Shown here piece by piece: positions 38,881 to 53,592 of a stretch of DNA of 64,000 bases. The notes below the pieces were generated by a model. The model saw only the letters and a list, made by a program, of their open reading frames with translations, was not told the DNA's origin and did no database searches. The stretch covers positions 25,420,001-25,484,000 of the forward strand of contig OX597824.1 of assembly GCA_951406725.2 (NCBI GenBank), in the 5' to 3' direction. This stretch comes from Octopus vulgaris (taxonomy: Eukaryota). The first letter of the stretch is position 1; each line of letters starts with the position of its first letter. Position numbers and translations under genes: made by a program.

Positions 38881-39203
38881 CGCAATGGTCCAGAGGTTAG
38901 GGCAGCGGACTCGCGGTCGTAGGATCGCGGTTTCGATTCCCAGACCGGGCGTTGTGAGTGTTTATTGAGCGAAGAAACCTAAAGCTCCACGTGGCTCCAG
39001 CAGTGGGTGGTGGCGGTCCCTGCTATACTCTTTCACCACAACTTTCGCTCACTCTTTCTTCTGTTTTCCTGCTTGTTTAGCCAGCGGGGTGGCGTCATTT
39101 GGAGGCTAAAACAATGCGAAGCGCATTGTGATCAGCGATGTGTAGCAGCATCTGATAGCCTCGTCGGTTACGGTGATCACATATACATACATACATACAT
39201 ACA

Positions 39204-39239
<36 letters not shown>

Positions 39240-39241
39240 CA

Positions 39242-39407
39242 CGCTTTCGTCCATTCTGGTGGAGTTTTCAAATTGAACTAAGTTCTTGTGGAAAAAGTTT
39301 GACCATTTTATAGTGTTATTGAGTGTGTAGTGGTGGGGAGGGATATAAGATAGTACAAGAGGGTGATGAATGGAGAGAAAGTGAGAGAGAGCATGTGTGT
39401 GTGTGTG

Positions 39408-39463
<56 letters not shown>

Positions 39464-39799
39464 GAGAGAAAGAAGACCATAAATTGTATTTCCATTTTAT
39501 CTTTGTCTTGAAAGAGAGAGTGCGTGTGCGTGTGTGTTTATGTGCGCGCGTGTGTGGTGCGTGTGTTTGTGTCTTTGTATCTGAAAGAGGTGTTAGGGAG
39601 GAATGGTCAAGTTGTTAAGAGTAACCAGTCATTGGCTTTTAGTAATGTTCTAGAGTGCCACTTTTGCTTATATTTTTGCAACTGTAAATGATTTTTTGTT
39701 TTTAGAAATTGGCAATTTCAAAAAAGAATTGTTAGGATTTCTTTTTATTATTGTTTTGTGAAGGTGTGTGTGTGTGTGTGTGATTGTGTGCGTGCGCGC

Positions 39800-39868
<69 letters not shown>

Positions 39869-40351
39869 AATAAAACAAACCTGTTTTTGTAATCCAGATT
39901 TTCCATCCCATCTAAGCACAGGAATAAAACATTGGATTGAAAGAACTGAATAGTGGTATAAATATCACCAGAATTATTTCTTCTTCCTCTTTTTCTTCTT
40001 TCTTCCCTTCTCCAACGACACCCCTTCCAGATTCACAGGCGCCCACACACACATACCTTCACAAAACAATAATAAAAAGAAATCCAGATAATTCTTTTTT
40101 GAAATTGCCAATTTCTAAAAACCAAAAATCATTTACAGTTGCAAAAATATAAACAAAAGTGGCACTCTAGAACATTACTAAAAGCCAATGACTGGTTACT
40201 CTTAACAACTTGACCATTCCTCCCTAACACTCCTTTCAGATACAAAGACACAAACACACGCACCACACACGCGCGCACATAAACACACACACACTCTCTC
40301 TCTCTCTCTCACAAGACAATGATAAAAAGGAAATGCAATTTATGATCGTCT
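39242..40351. mobile_element. Foldback element, right end deleted and fused to SAMHD1-like copy 3
   Basis: The left terminus and both inner arms are present; junction at cgtct 40347-40351. Confidence 0.85.
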
Positions 40352-41829
40352 GTCTTCTTGACTATATCCGGGTCTGATCCTTGGTCTCTGCTGTTTATTA
40401 TTTTTTGGATGATACCCTTGATTGTGCCCTCGATATTGCTCTGCATTTTGCTCTCCGATGTGCCCAATATTTTACCATTGATTTTGCCCTCGATATTGCT
40501 CAGCATTTTGCTCTCCGATGTGCTCAATATTTTAACATTGATTTTGCCCTCGATCTTTTTTATTCCCGATGTCTCCGAGATTGTACCATTGATTCTGCCC
40601 TGGATATTGCCCTGCATTTCGCTCTCCGAGGTGTACAAGATTTTAGCATATATCTCTGCATTTTGCTCTTCGGTGATATCTCTCTGCATTTTGCTCTCCG
40701 GTGTGTCCAAGGTTTTATCATTGATAGTGACCTTCATCTTTTTCAGGACTGCAACCTCATCTCCTGTACCCTCAATTGGGTACAAGATATTTCCCTCCGT
40801 ATCTCCGAGTTCGAATATGCCCGTTACTGTGCCCGTGAATGTGCCCTTGATTGTGTCTGTGACGGTCCCTTTGTATTTAAAAGACCTGTTGATTATATCC
40901 TTCAGGGCGTCTTTGAGATCTTGATTGCCCTTATTCTTTAATATCTCCTCCAAAATACTATCTGTAAAATAAGTAAATTCCTCCATATCTTTGACCCTTT
41001 CGAAAATTTTCAGGTGTTCATCTGCGGATTTCAAAGCCTCGCCAAGTAGTTTATTAAGCAGGAGAACAGTTTTGTGTTGGTAAGCCGTGTTATGTAGTCG
41101 ATATCGTGAATAAAACATATCATAGAAATTTTTAAGCGTTTTGTCTCTGTAGCATATTTCACCATCTATTACTTTGGACATTTTCATCATTCTTTCGTGA
41201 TCAAAGGATGTTCCAATGCCAAGAAAATGGGAATCTCTGGCCAGGTAATCCCATTTATCAACGTCGATGTTATAGTCTGCATTGTTGACGATTTGGTAAA
41301 GAAAGTTTGGTCTCTGAGATTTTTCTGGTTTACCAGTAATGAGATGTTTTATGAAATCAATTTCATCAGACTTAAGTTCTCCTTTAATATGTGGGTTCTT
41401 TTTAAAAAGATGCTCCAACATTTTACATGATGCATCTTCATGTTCCCACTTTTTACCTCCATCTTCCTTGAGATACTCGTTGATAATTTCTTGAAAGGCA
41501 TGAGAAAAAGGCGCATGTCCTAAATCATGACACAAACCAGCGATTTCAACACACAGTATATCTCGATCAGATATTTCCAGACCGGAATCTTGCTGCTTAA
41601 GATGGCGAATCATTTTCCCAGCTAGATGACATGTTCCCAGACAATGCTCAAATCTATTATGTGAAGCTGATGGATAAACGTAATAACACAAACCTAGTTG
41701 TTTGATATTACGTAATCTCTGAAATTGTACTGTATTAATAATTTTAACACAGAGTGGTGAAAATTGCATGGATCCATGAATAGCGTCCTGAAAAACCTGA
41801 TCCGGACGTGTATCGTTTGTGTTAGCCAT
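40309..41829 (-). CDS. SAMHD1: SAMHD1-like copy 3; 506 aa, C-terminal ~60 aa lost by deletion and replaced by DHKLHFLFIIVL from the foldback element
   Basis: Open ORF with all HD motifs. At 40347-40351 (cgtct) the gene sequence joins the foldback arm, and the FDYG/LPEKF motifs are absent. Confidence 0.9.
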   Translation of the reverse strand: MANTNDTRPDQVFQDAIHGSMQFSPLCVKIINTVQFQRLRNIKQLGLCYYVYPSASHNRFEHCLGTCHLAGKMIRHLKQQDSGLEISDRDILCVEIAGLCHDLGHAPFSHAFQEIINEYLKEDGGKKWEHEDASCKMLEHLFKKNPHIKGELKSDEIDFIKHLITGKPEKSQRPNFLYQIVNNADYNIDVDKWDYLARDSHFLGIGTSFDHERMMKMSKVIDGEICYRDKTLKNFYDMFYSRYRLHNTAYQHKTVLLLNKLLGEALKSADEHLKIFERVKDMEEFTYFTDSILEEILKNKGNQDLKDALKDIINRSFKYKGTVTDTIKGTFTGTVTGIFELGDTEGNILYPIEGTGDEVAVLKKMKVTINDKTLDTPESKMQRDITEEQNAEIYAKILYTSESEMQGNIQGRINGTISETSGIKKIEGKINVKILSTSESKMLSNIEGKINGKILGTSESKMQSNIEGTIKGIIQKIINSRDQGSDPDIVKKTDDHKLHFLFIIVL

Positions 41830-42193
41830 TATAAAATTGTTAAGAATATATCTAACTTACATTCACTTTGTCGTTTATGTTGCTGGTAGTCGTTTCGTTG
41901 CTGTTGTGTTTGTTAGTTTCGTAATGTGGAGTAGAAATATAAATTATCCAAATATGTCCAGTTGAATATTTCTAACATTTGATTTGAAATGATCTCAGTC
42001 GCATTGGCATGAAATATCTGGTGTTTCAAATAATATAAGCGATCAGTAAGTCTCTGCGTGGTTGGTAGAAAGAACACGAAATGAACTATGTTGTTTTATG
42101 AAAAATCAGCTGACGACTACACCCACTTCCTTATAACACAACTTTCACTTTACATCTTCAACATCACTAGCAATAACATTTAATAATATCGAA

Positions 42194-42244
<51 letters not shown>

Positions 42245-44001
42245 CAGCAGCAGCAGCAGCAGTAGTATTCGTCGTCGTCGTCGTCGTCGTCGTAGTAGTA
42301 GTAGTAGTAGTTGTAGTAGTAGTAGTAGTAGTAGAAGTAGTAGTAGTAGTATCACATTCGGATTTAACTACTGCGCAGAAAAGTCCGTTGTTTTCACACA
42401 TGTATACGCGTGTGCATGTGTATGTATATGTGTGTGTGTGTGTGTGTGCATGTGTATGTATGCGTGTGTGTGTGCGTGTGTGTGCGTGTGCGTGTGTGTG
42501 TGTGTGAATGAATAGATGTATGTAAATGTATGCGCGTAATGTTGGAACGAGGCAAATGTAGTGTCGTTAGCATTTTCTCTAGAATACCAGCAATAACGCC
42601 ACTCCTCTGAAAAATCAACAGTGGCAACAAGAACTACAACAACAAAAGTAAAAAAAAAAATCTTACTTTCGTAGACATCAGTTAAGAAACTACGAAATTA
42701 CAGTAGCAATACCTTTGGAAAAGGGAACGAATATTATTTTCTGGATTTTGATAAAAGAAATACATGTTCACAGATGACAATGGATTAACTTCCGTAAAAT
42801 ACAATCTTCAGTTACTTTCATTTTCTTAAAAGACCGCGTAAATATATAACATAAGTTATGGCTTAGACATGGTGTGCTTCATATGGAAGTATATTGAGAA
42901 GCCAAACGTCTTCAGAAATCTCTCTATATAAAAGTGAAGTTGTGTGAGTGTCTGTCTCCTACGATTTAGATTCCTAACTACTCCTACATTTTGCGGTGCA
43001 GTTTCATATCGAGCCTTTCTGGGTATTAGCGCGCGTCTACGATGAGTCTACGATTTTTAAAATAATTTAACATCATTTTTTAAACATTTTAACGCATATT
43101 TTTTAAATAAATATTTATTTTTTAAATAAACTCTCTAAAAATATCTACGATGAGTCAACGATTTAAAAAAAATTTACCATAATTTTTTTCCATTTTTAAT
43201 GCATTTTTTGCTATTTTTTGGCTATAACTCTCTAAAAATGATTTATAGTTATTTCCCTTACAAACCCGAGCAACGCCGGGCGATACTGCTAGTTTTGATA
43301 TAAATCTTTTAGATCAGGTGAAATATATTTGGTACATATTTGACCTCTACAAACTGACCAATAAATACAAGTAATATAACGAGTTATCCCCTTCAATATA
43401 ATTACAAGATTAAGGGAGACTATTCATTCTGAAGCTTCTCTACTCAAATGTTTTTCTTAGAGAAAATGTCAGCAATTTTAAGGAAAGGGTCAAGTCGCTT
43501 ACATCAACAAAATATGCTCAATTAATACTTATTTTATCGAACCTTAAAGGGATCTTTTCGGTTTGAACAGCAGTTTTTGCTAGCGGTGTCATATAAATTT
43601 GTCACCCATAATTATGACTCTAGTATCGATCTATTGTATTTCAATCTATTTTAGGGTTAGGCTTAGGGGTGGGGGGAAGGGTGTCTTTTTTTTTTCAGAA
43701 GTGTAAATAAACCCAATCTGTTTCTTAAACGAGGGACATATTCATACGGCACAGAATGTTTTCACCTCAATAGACGTCACTGATTAGTTGAAATTGCAGA
43801 AATTGAAGGAAAAAACAACAAATATCTTACAAACTATAGAATTTTCTCAATAAAGCCAAGAGAAAAAGATGTTTTATAAACAGATATGTAAAGCGAAAGA
43901 AGTTAAATTAAACATCCATGTACGTGCGTGCGTGCGTGCGTGTGTGTGTGCGTGTGTGCGTGCGTGTGCGTGTGTGTGTGCGTGTGTGCGTGTGTGTATG
44001 T

Positions 44002-44033
<32 letters not shown>

Positions 44034-44385
44034 AACCCCTTTTTTTCATTTTTTTAGTATTATCCTTTTGCTTTCCTATATTTTTTACTGGATATTTGAT
44101 GAAGGAAACCCGTGTACGGCTGACATGGATTATCTTTGGTGAAATTAAATTTACAGCTACTTTCATTTTCTTAAAAAGAAGACGTAAATGCATAACAGAA
44201 TGTATGGCTAGGGGATGGCGTGCTTCCTATAGGAGTATGCTGAAAAGGTAGTAGTATTAGTAGTTGTAGTAGTAGTAGTAGTGGTGGTGGTTTTGTTGTT
44301 GTTGTTTTTGTTGGTGGTGGTGGTTTTGTTGGTGGTTGTGGTGGTGGTGGTGGTGGTGGTTGCGGTGGTGGTTGTGGTGGTGGTG

Positions 44386-44417
<32 letters not shown>

Positions 44418-44594
44418 GGTTGTGGTGGCGGTGTAGTAGTAGTAGGAGTAGTAGTAGTGGTGGTGATGGTAGTAGTAGTAGTAGGAGTAGTATTAGTGGT
44501 GGTGATGGTGGTAGTAGTAGTAGTAGTGGTGGTGGTGATGGTGGTGGTTTTGTTGTTATTGTTTTTTTGGTGGTTGTGGTTGTGGTGGTGGTAT

Positions 44595-44652
<58 letters not shown>

Positions 44653-44903
44653 AGTGGTGGTGGTGGTGGCGGTGGTAGTAGTAGTAGGAGTTGTAGTAGT
44701 GGTGGTGATGGTGGTAGTAGTAGTAGTGGTGGTGGTGGTGGTGGTGGTCGTGGTGGTTGTAGTAGTAGTATTAGTAGCCCCAGGAGCAACAGATGCGTCA
44801 CCGATATTAATTGTAGTTGTAGTTTATAGTAGCGTGCAATTTTCACTTTAACTACTGCGCAAAAAGTTCGTTGTTTTTACATGTGTATACGTGTGTACGT
44901 GTG

Positions 44904-44945
<42 letters not shown>

Positions 44946-44949
44946 GTGT

Positions 44950-45813
44950 GGGAATAAAACAAACCTGTTTTTGTAATCCAGATTTTCCATCCCATCTAAG
45001 CACAGGAATAAAACATTGGATTGAAAGAACTGAATAGTGGTATAAATATCACCAGAATTATTTCTTCTTCCTCTTTTTCTTCATTCTTCCCTTCTCCAAC
45101 GACACCCCTTCCAGATTCACAGGCGCCCACACACACACACGCACATACACACACACACACACACATACCTTCACAAAACAATAATAAAAAGAAATCCAGA
45201 TAATTCTTTTTTGAAATTGCCAATTTCTAAAAACCAAAAATCATTTACAGTTGCAAAAATATAAACAATAGTGGCACTCTAGAACATTACTAAAAGCCAA
45301 TGACTGGTTACTCTTAACAACTTGACCATTCCTCCCTGACACTCCTTTCAGATACAAAGACACAAACACACGCACCACACACGCGCGCACATAAACACAC
45401 ACACACACACACACTCTCTCTCTCTCTCACAAGACAATTATAAAAAGGAAATGCAATTTATGATCGTCTTTCTCCTCCTTTTCTTCCTTTCCTTGTTTTT
45501 CTTTAACACTCCTTTAAGATGCAAACGCACACACACACGCACACACACACACATGCTCTCTCTCACTTTCTTCCCTCTTGTTCTATCTTATATCCCTCCC
45601 CACCACTACACACTCAATAACACTATAAAATGGTCAAATGTTTTCCCCAAGATCTTAGACACCCCCCTTGGAGTAAACATCCTGACCAACTACAAAAGTA
45701 ACCAGCAAAACAATATTTTCTTCTTCCCTCTCTCCCTTTTCTTTCTTTCCTTCTTTTTCTTTAACTATTCTTTCAGATACAAAAACACACACGCACGCAC
45801 ACACACACACACG

Positions 45814-45875
<62 letters not shown>

Positions 45876-46027
45876 TGATCTCTATCACTTTCTCTCCATT
45901 CATCACCCTCTTGTACTATCTTATATCCCTCCCCACCACTACACACTCAATAACACTATAAAATGGTCAAAATTTTTCCACAAGAACTTAGTTCAATTTG
46001 AAAACTCCACCAGAATGGACGAAAGCG
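44950..46027. mobile_element. Foldback element, right half only (short unit); also ~52160-53236
   Basis: Begins at gggaataaaacaaacc after a (GT)n junction and ends gacgaaagcg. Confidence 0.85.
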
Positions 46028-46328
46028 CTAATATATGATATATGATATAAGTTATATGATGTATAAAAACATGTAATATACAAATAAATATCTGTAAATA
46101 TAAAACCATCCGAATTTCTGAGTACCTCATTTCTTCTAATATAAAATACTTGTACATCATCTCCAAACATTCTAATAAACAAATGGAAGTAAATAACTAT
46201 ATACATATATTTTTTTATTTCATTTATTTTTATTTTTATTTTTTAAACATTTTATTTATATTTATTACTATTATTACTATTATTATTGTTATACATATAT
46301 ACATACATACACAATAATAATAATGATG

Positions 46329-46389
<61 letters not shown>

Positions 46390-46847
46390 GTGGGTATAAA
46401 CACATGAACAAAATAAGAATAAACAAAAACAAAAACAAATTACACGAACGTATATAAACAGGAGATACAAATATTACAGGCGTTTCCCCCACCCCCCATA
46501 CACAAACACACACACACACACTAACTAAACATAGACGCACATAGAGATATACGCATGCGCAAATGAAGACATATACAATAGAAATACAAAATGGTTGACG
46601 GTTAGTAAGGAGAGACACACAAATAAGAAAGAAGAAAGCAAAGGACCACTGCTGCGGTCACAGGAGTGTGACGAAAGAACTCTGGCCGAAATAAGATTAA
46701 GATTAATGCAAAAAATAAATAACGATGAAGCAAAGTAAAACCAAATATATAGTGCGTGTGTTTTTATTAGCTAAACTAGCAAAATGACCATTCCTAAATA
46801 CAACAATATCTGTTTCAACACACGATTTCACATCAAAAATCTCGCAA

Positions 46848-46924
<77 letters not shown>

Positions 46925-47533
46925 CACATACATACATACACATACACATATGACTCAATGAGAGGTTATAATTTTTGAATGTAAGAAATACGCGTTAAAA
47001 ATTAAAGAAATCGAAGACATTTATTTGGTAAACAAAGAATATTTCTTATAGAAAAGTAAAAAAAAAAAGTTAAATTAGGAAAAAAATTGTTGTTCGCATA
47101 TTATTTTTAGTCTTTGAAGTTTGAAATAGTTTCAATATATTTAAAAAATTTTTAATTCTTACCAAATTTTAAGTAAAGAATAAATGTTTCTCATATGTTT
47201 CGAACGTGACTCAATGGGAGGATTCAATTTAGAAGTAAGGAAATATATGTTTATTTTTTTTCAAAAATGTTGAGAGTTTCTTAAAAGTAAAAATTTCCCA
47301 TCAAAAAGTTCTTTTAATTTAGATAGAGAATATTGTCCATTTAGTATTTTTGACCTATCAATCTTTCAATAGTTTCAATGTATTTTTATAATATTAAAGT
47401 TTTATCAAGTTTCATTACTTATCTCAATCTGCGTCCATGGTTTTGTTTTCTTTCATTGGTTATATTCAATCTGATTTTTTGTTATTGATTTTTCTCTTGA
47501 ATGTTGTCTTCGTTGTTTTTTCTTTTGTTTTCC

Positions 47534-49199
47534 TTAATTATTTTGTTTTCTTTCAAAACAATGACTGGTTTTCATTTCAAATTTCTCTGGCAGAAAAAGC
47601 ATATTTTCCAGTTCTTCATGGTTATCGTACGTATATTTCCTTTCCTTTCTTGTATAGAATGGTATGTTCAATAGTGGGTTATTTTCTTTAGCTCCATAGT
47701 CAAAACGGGCTATGCAGATCACGTCTGTCTTCTTGACTATATCCGGGTCTGATCCTTGGTCTCTGCTGTTTATTATTTTTTGGATGGTACCCTTGATTGT
47801 GCCCTCGATATTGCTCTGCATTTTGCTCTCCGATGTGCCCAATATTTTACCCTTGATTTGTGCCCTCGATATTGCTCTGCATTTTGCTCTCCGATGTGCT
47901 CAATATTTTAACATTGATTTTGCCCTCGATCTTTTTTATTCCCGATGTCTCCGAGATTGTACCATTGATTCTGCCCTGGATATTGCCCTGCATTTCGCTC
48001 TCCGAGGTGTACAAGATTTTAGCATATATCTCTGCATTTTGCTCTTCGGTGATATCTCTCTGCATTTTGCTCTCCGGTGTGTCCAAGGTTTTATCATTGA
48101 TAGTGACCTTCATCTTTTTCAGGACTGCAACCTCATCTCCTGTACCCTCAATTGGGTACAAGATATTTCCCTCCGTATCTCCGAGTTCGAATATGCCCGT
48201 TACTGTGCCCGTGAATGTGCCCTTGATTGTGTCTGTGACGGTCCCTTTGTATTTAAAAGACCGTTTGATTATATCCTTCAGGGCGTCTTTGAGATCTTGA
48301 TTGCCCTTACTATTTAATATCTCCTCCAAAATACTATCTGTAAAATAAGTAAATTCCTCCATATCTTTGACCCTATCGAAAATTTTCAGTTTTTTATGTG
48401 CGGATTTCAAAACATCGCCAAGTAGTTTATTAAGCAGGAGAACAGTTTTGTGTTGGTAAGCCGTGTTATGTAGTCGATATCGTGAATAAAACATATCATA
48501 GAAATTTTTAAGCGTTTTGTCTCTGTAGCATATTTCACCATCTATTACTTTGGACATTTTCATCATTCTTTCGTGATCAAAGGATGTTCCAATGCCAAGA
48601 AAATGGGAATCTCTGGCCAGGTAATCCCATTTATCAACGTCGATGTTATAGTCTGCATTGTTGACGATTTGGTAAAGAAATTTTGGTCTCTGAGATTTTT
48701 CTGGTTTACCAGTAATGAGATCTTTTATGAAATCAATTTCATTACGCTCAACTTTAATATCTTCGTTCTCTTTAAAAAGATGCTCCAACATTTCACATGA
48801 TGCATCTTCATGTTCCCACTTTTTACCTCCAACTTTCTTGAGATACTCGTTGATAATTTCTTGAAAGGCATGAGAAAAAGGCGCATGTCCTAAATCATGA
48901 CACAAACCAGCGATTTCAACACACAGTATATCTCGATCAGATATTTCCAGACCGGAATCTTGCTGCTTAAGATGGCGAATCATTTTCCCAGCTAGATGAC
49001 ATGTTCCCAGACAATGCTCAAATCTATTATGTGAAGCTGATGGATAAACGTAATAACACAAACCTAGTTGTTTGATATTACGTAATCTCTGAAATTGTAC
49101 TGTATTAATAATTTTAACACAGAGTGGTGAAAATTGCATGGATCCATGAATAGCGTCCTGAAAAACCTGATCCGGACGTGTATCGTTTGTGTTAGCCAT
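47534..49199 (-). pseudogene. SAMHD1: SAMHD1-like copy 4; one +1 frameshift (tt>ttt at 47857-47859) in the repeat insert; 554 aa if repaired
   Basis: ORFs 47847..49199 and 47534..47842. Here the sequence reads ccttgatttgtgccc, versus ccttgattgtgccc in the equivalent repeat units elsewhere. Confidence 0.85.
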
Positions 49200-49560
49200 T
49201 ATAAAATTGTTAAGAATATATCTAACTTACATTCACTTTGTCGTTTATGTTGCTGGTGGTCGTTTCGTTGCTGTTGTGTTTGTTAGTTTCGTAATGTGGA
49301 GTAGAAATATAAATTATCCAAATATGTCCAGTTGAATATTTCTAACATTTGATTTGAAATGATCTCAGTCGCATTGGCATGAAATATCTGGTGTTTCAAA
49401 TAATATAAGCGATCAGTAAGTGTCTGCGTGGTTGGTAGAAAGAACACGAAATGAACTATGTTGTTTTATGAAAAATCAGCTGACGACTACACCCACTTCC
49501 TTATAACACAACTTTCACTTTACATTTTCAACATCACTAGCAATAACATTTAATAATATC

Positions 49561-49611
<51 letters not shown>

Positions 49612-51256
49612 AAGTAGTAGTAGTAGTATCACATTCGGATTTAACTACTGCGCAGAAAAGTCCGTTGTTTTCACACATGTATACGCGTGTGCATGTGTAT
49701 GTATATGTGTGTGTGTGTGTGTGTGCATGTGTATGTATGCGTGTGTGTGTGCGTGTGTGTGCGTGTGCGTGTGTGTGTGTGTGAATGAATAGATGTATGT
49801 AAATGTATGCGCGTAATGTTGGAACGAGGCAAATGTAGTGTCGTTAGCATTTTCTCTAGAATACCAGCAATAACGCCACTCCTCTGAAAAATCAACAGTG
49901 GCAACAAGAACTACAACAACAAAAGTAAAAAAAAATCTTACTTTCGTAGACATCAGTTAAGAAACTACGAAATTACAGTAGCAATACCTTTGGAAAAGGG
50001 AACGAATATTATTTTCTGGATTTTGATAAAAGAAATACATGTTCACAGATGACAATGGATTAACTTCCGTAAAATACAATCTTCAGTTACTTTCATTTTC
50101 TTAAAAGACCGCGTAAATATATAACATAAGTTATGGCTTAGACATGGTGTGCTTCATATGGAAGTATATTGAGAAGCCAAACGTCTTCAGAAATCTCTCT
50201 ATATAAAAGTGAAGTTGTGTGAGTGTCTGTCTCCTACGATTTAGATTCCTAACTACTCCCACATTTTGCGGTGCAGTTTCATATCGAGCCTTTCTGGGTA
50301 TTAGCGCTGAGTCTACGATTTAAAAAATAATTTAACATCACTTTTTTTCCATTTTAACGCATATTTTTTAAATAAAGGGAAGTAACTCTCTAAAAATATC
50401 TACGATGAGTCAACGATTTAAAAAAAATTTACCATAATTATTTTTCCATTTTTAATGCATTTTTTGCTATTTTTTGGCTATAACTCTCTAAAAATGATTT
50501 ATAGTTATTTCCCTTACAAACCCGAGCAACGCCGGGCGATACTGCTAGTCTTGATATAAATCTTTTAGATCAGGTGAAATATATTTGGTACATATTTGAC
50601 CTCTACAAACTGACCAATAAATACAAGTAATATAACGAGTTATCTCCTTCAATATAATTACAAGATTAAGGGAGACTATTCATTCTGAAGCTTCTCTACT
50701 CAAATGTTTTTCTTAGAGAAAATGTCAGCAATTTTAAGGAAAGGGTCAAGTCGCTTACATCAACAAAATATGCTCAATTAATACTTATTTTATCGAACCT
50801 TAAAGGGATCTTTTCGGTTTGAACAGCAGTTTTTGCTAGCGGTGTCATATAAATTTGTCACCCATAATTATGACTCTAGTATCGATCTATTTTATTTCAA
50901 TCTATTTTAGGGTTTGGCTTAGGGGTGGGGGGATGGGTGTCTTTTTTTTTCAGAAGTGTAAATAAACCCAATCTGTTTCTTAAACGAGGGACATATTCAT
51001 ACGGCACAGAATGTTTTCACCTCAATAGACGTCACTGATTAGTTGAAATTGCAGAAATTGAAGGAAAAAACAACAAATATCTTACAAACTATAGAATTTT
51101 CTCAATAAAGCCAAGAGAAAAAGATGTTTTATAAACAGATATGTAAAGCGAAAGAAGTTAAATTAAACATCCATGTACGTGCGTGCGTGCGTGCGTGTGT
51201 GTGTGCGTGTGTGTGTGCGTGTGCGTGTGTGTGTGCGTGTGTGCGTGTGTGTATGT

Positions 51257-51288
<32 letters not shown>

Positions 51289-51502
51289 AACCCCTTTTTT
51301 TCATTTTTTTAGTATTATCCTTTTGCTTTCCTATATTTTTTACTGGATATTTGATGAAGGAAACCCGTGTACGGCTGACATGGATTATCTTTGGTGAAAT
51401 TAAATTTACAGCTACTTTCATTTTCTTAAAAAGAAGACGTAAATGCATAACAGAATGTATGGCTAGGGGATGGCGTGCTTCCTATAGGAGTATGCTGAAA
51501 AG

Positions 51503-51542
<40 letters not shown>

Positions 51543-51797
51543 GAGTAGTGGTGATGGTTTTGTTGTTGTTGTTTTTGTTGGTGGTGGTGGTTTTGTGGTG
51601 GGTGGTGTGTGGTGGTGGTTGTGGTGGTGGTGGTAGTAGTAGTAGTGGTGGTGGTAGTGGTTGTGGTGGCGGTGGTAGTAGTAGTAGGAGTAGTAGTAGT
51701 GGTGGTGATGGTGGTAGTAGTAGTAGTAGTGGTGGTGGTGATGGTGGTGGTTTTGTTGTTATTGTTTTTTTGGTGGTTGTGGTTGTGGTGGTGGTAT

Positions 51798-51846
<49 letters not shown>

Positions 51847-52085
51847 GGTGGTGGTGGCGGTGGTAGTAGTAGTAGGAGTTGTAGTAGTGGTGGTGATGGT
51901 GGTAGTAGTAGTAGTGGTGGTGGTGGTGGTGGTCGTGGTGGTTGTAGTAGTAGTATTAGTAGCCCCAGGAGCAACAGATGCGTCACCGATATTAATTGTA
52001 GTTGTAGTTTATAGTAGCGTGCAATTTTCACTTTAACTACTGCGCAAAAAGTTCGTTGTTTTTACATGTGTATACGTGTGTACGT

Positions 52086-52155
<70 letters not shown>

Positions 52156-53026
52156 GTGTGGGAATAAAACAAACCTGTTTTTGTAATCCAGATTTTCCAT
52201 CCCATCTAAGCACAGGAATAAAACATTGGATTGAAAGAACTGAATAGTGGTATAAATATCACCAGAATTATTTCTTCTTCCTCTTTTTCTTCATTCTTCC
52301 CTTCTCCAACGACACCCCTTCCAGATTCACAGGCGCCCACACACACACACGCACATACACACACACACACACACATACCTTCACAAAACAATAATAAAAA
52401 GAAATCCAGAAAATTCTTTTTTGAAATTGCCAATTTCTAAAAACCAAAAATCATTTACAGTTGCAAAAATATAAACAAAAGTGGCACTCTAGAACATTAC
52501 TAAAAGCCAATGACTGGTTACTCTTAACAACTTGACCATTCCTCCCTGACACTCCTTTCAGATACAAAGACACAAACACACGCACCACACACGCGCGCAC
52601 ATAAACACACACACACACTCTCTCTCTCTCTCTCTCACAAGACAATGATAAAAAGGAAATGCAATTTATGATCGTCTTTCTCCTCCTTTTCTTCCTTTCC
52701 TTGTTTTTCTTTAACACTCCTTTAAGATGCAAACGCACACACACACGCACACACACACACATGCTCTCTCTCACTTTCTTCCCTCTTGTTCTATCTTATA
52801 TCCCTCCCCACCACTACACACTCAATAACACTATAAAATGGTCAAATGTTTTCCCCAAGATCTTAGACACCCCCCTTGGAGTAAACATCCTGACCAACTA
52901 CAAAAGTAACCAGCAAAACAATATTTTCTTCTTCCCTCTCTCCCTTTTCTTTCTTTCCTTCTTTTCTTTAACTATTCTTTCAGATACAAAAACACACACG
53001 CCCGCGCACACACACACACACACACG

Positions 53027-53086
<60 letters not shown>

Positions 53087-53537
53087 CTCTCTCTCACTTT
53101 CTCCCCATTCATCACCCTCTTGTACTATCTTATATCCCTCCCCACCACTACACACTCAATAACACTATAAAATGGTCAAAATTTTTCCACGGGAACTTAG
53201 TTCAATTTGAAAACTCCACCAGAATGGACGAAAGCGCTAATATATGATATATGATATAAGTTATATGATGTATAAAAACATGTAATATACAAATAAATAT
53301 CTGTAAATATAAAACCATCCGAATTTCTGAGTACCTCATTTCTTCTAATATAAAATACTTGTACATCATCTCCAAACATTCTAATAAACAAATGGAAGTA
53401 AATAACTATATACATATATTTTTTTATTTCATTTATTTTTATTTTTATTTTTTAAACATTTTATTTATATTTATTACTATTATTACTATTATTATTGTTA
53501 TACATATATACATACGTACACAATAATAATAATAATG

Positions 53538-53592
<55 letters not shown>

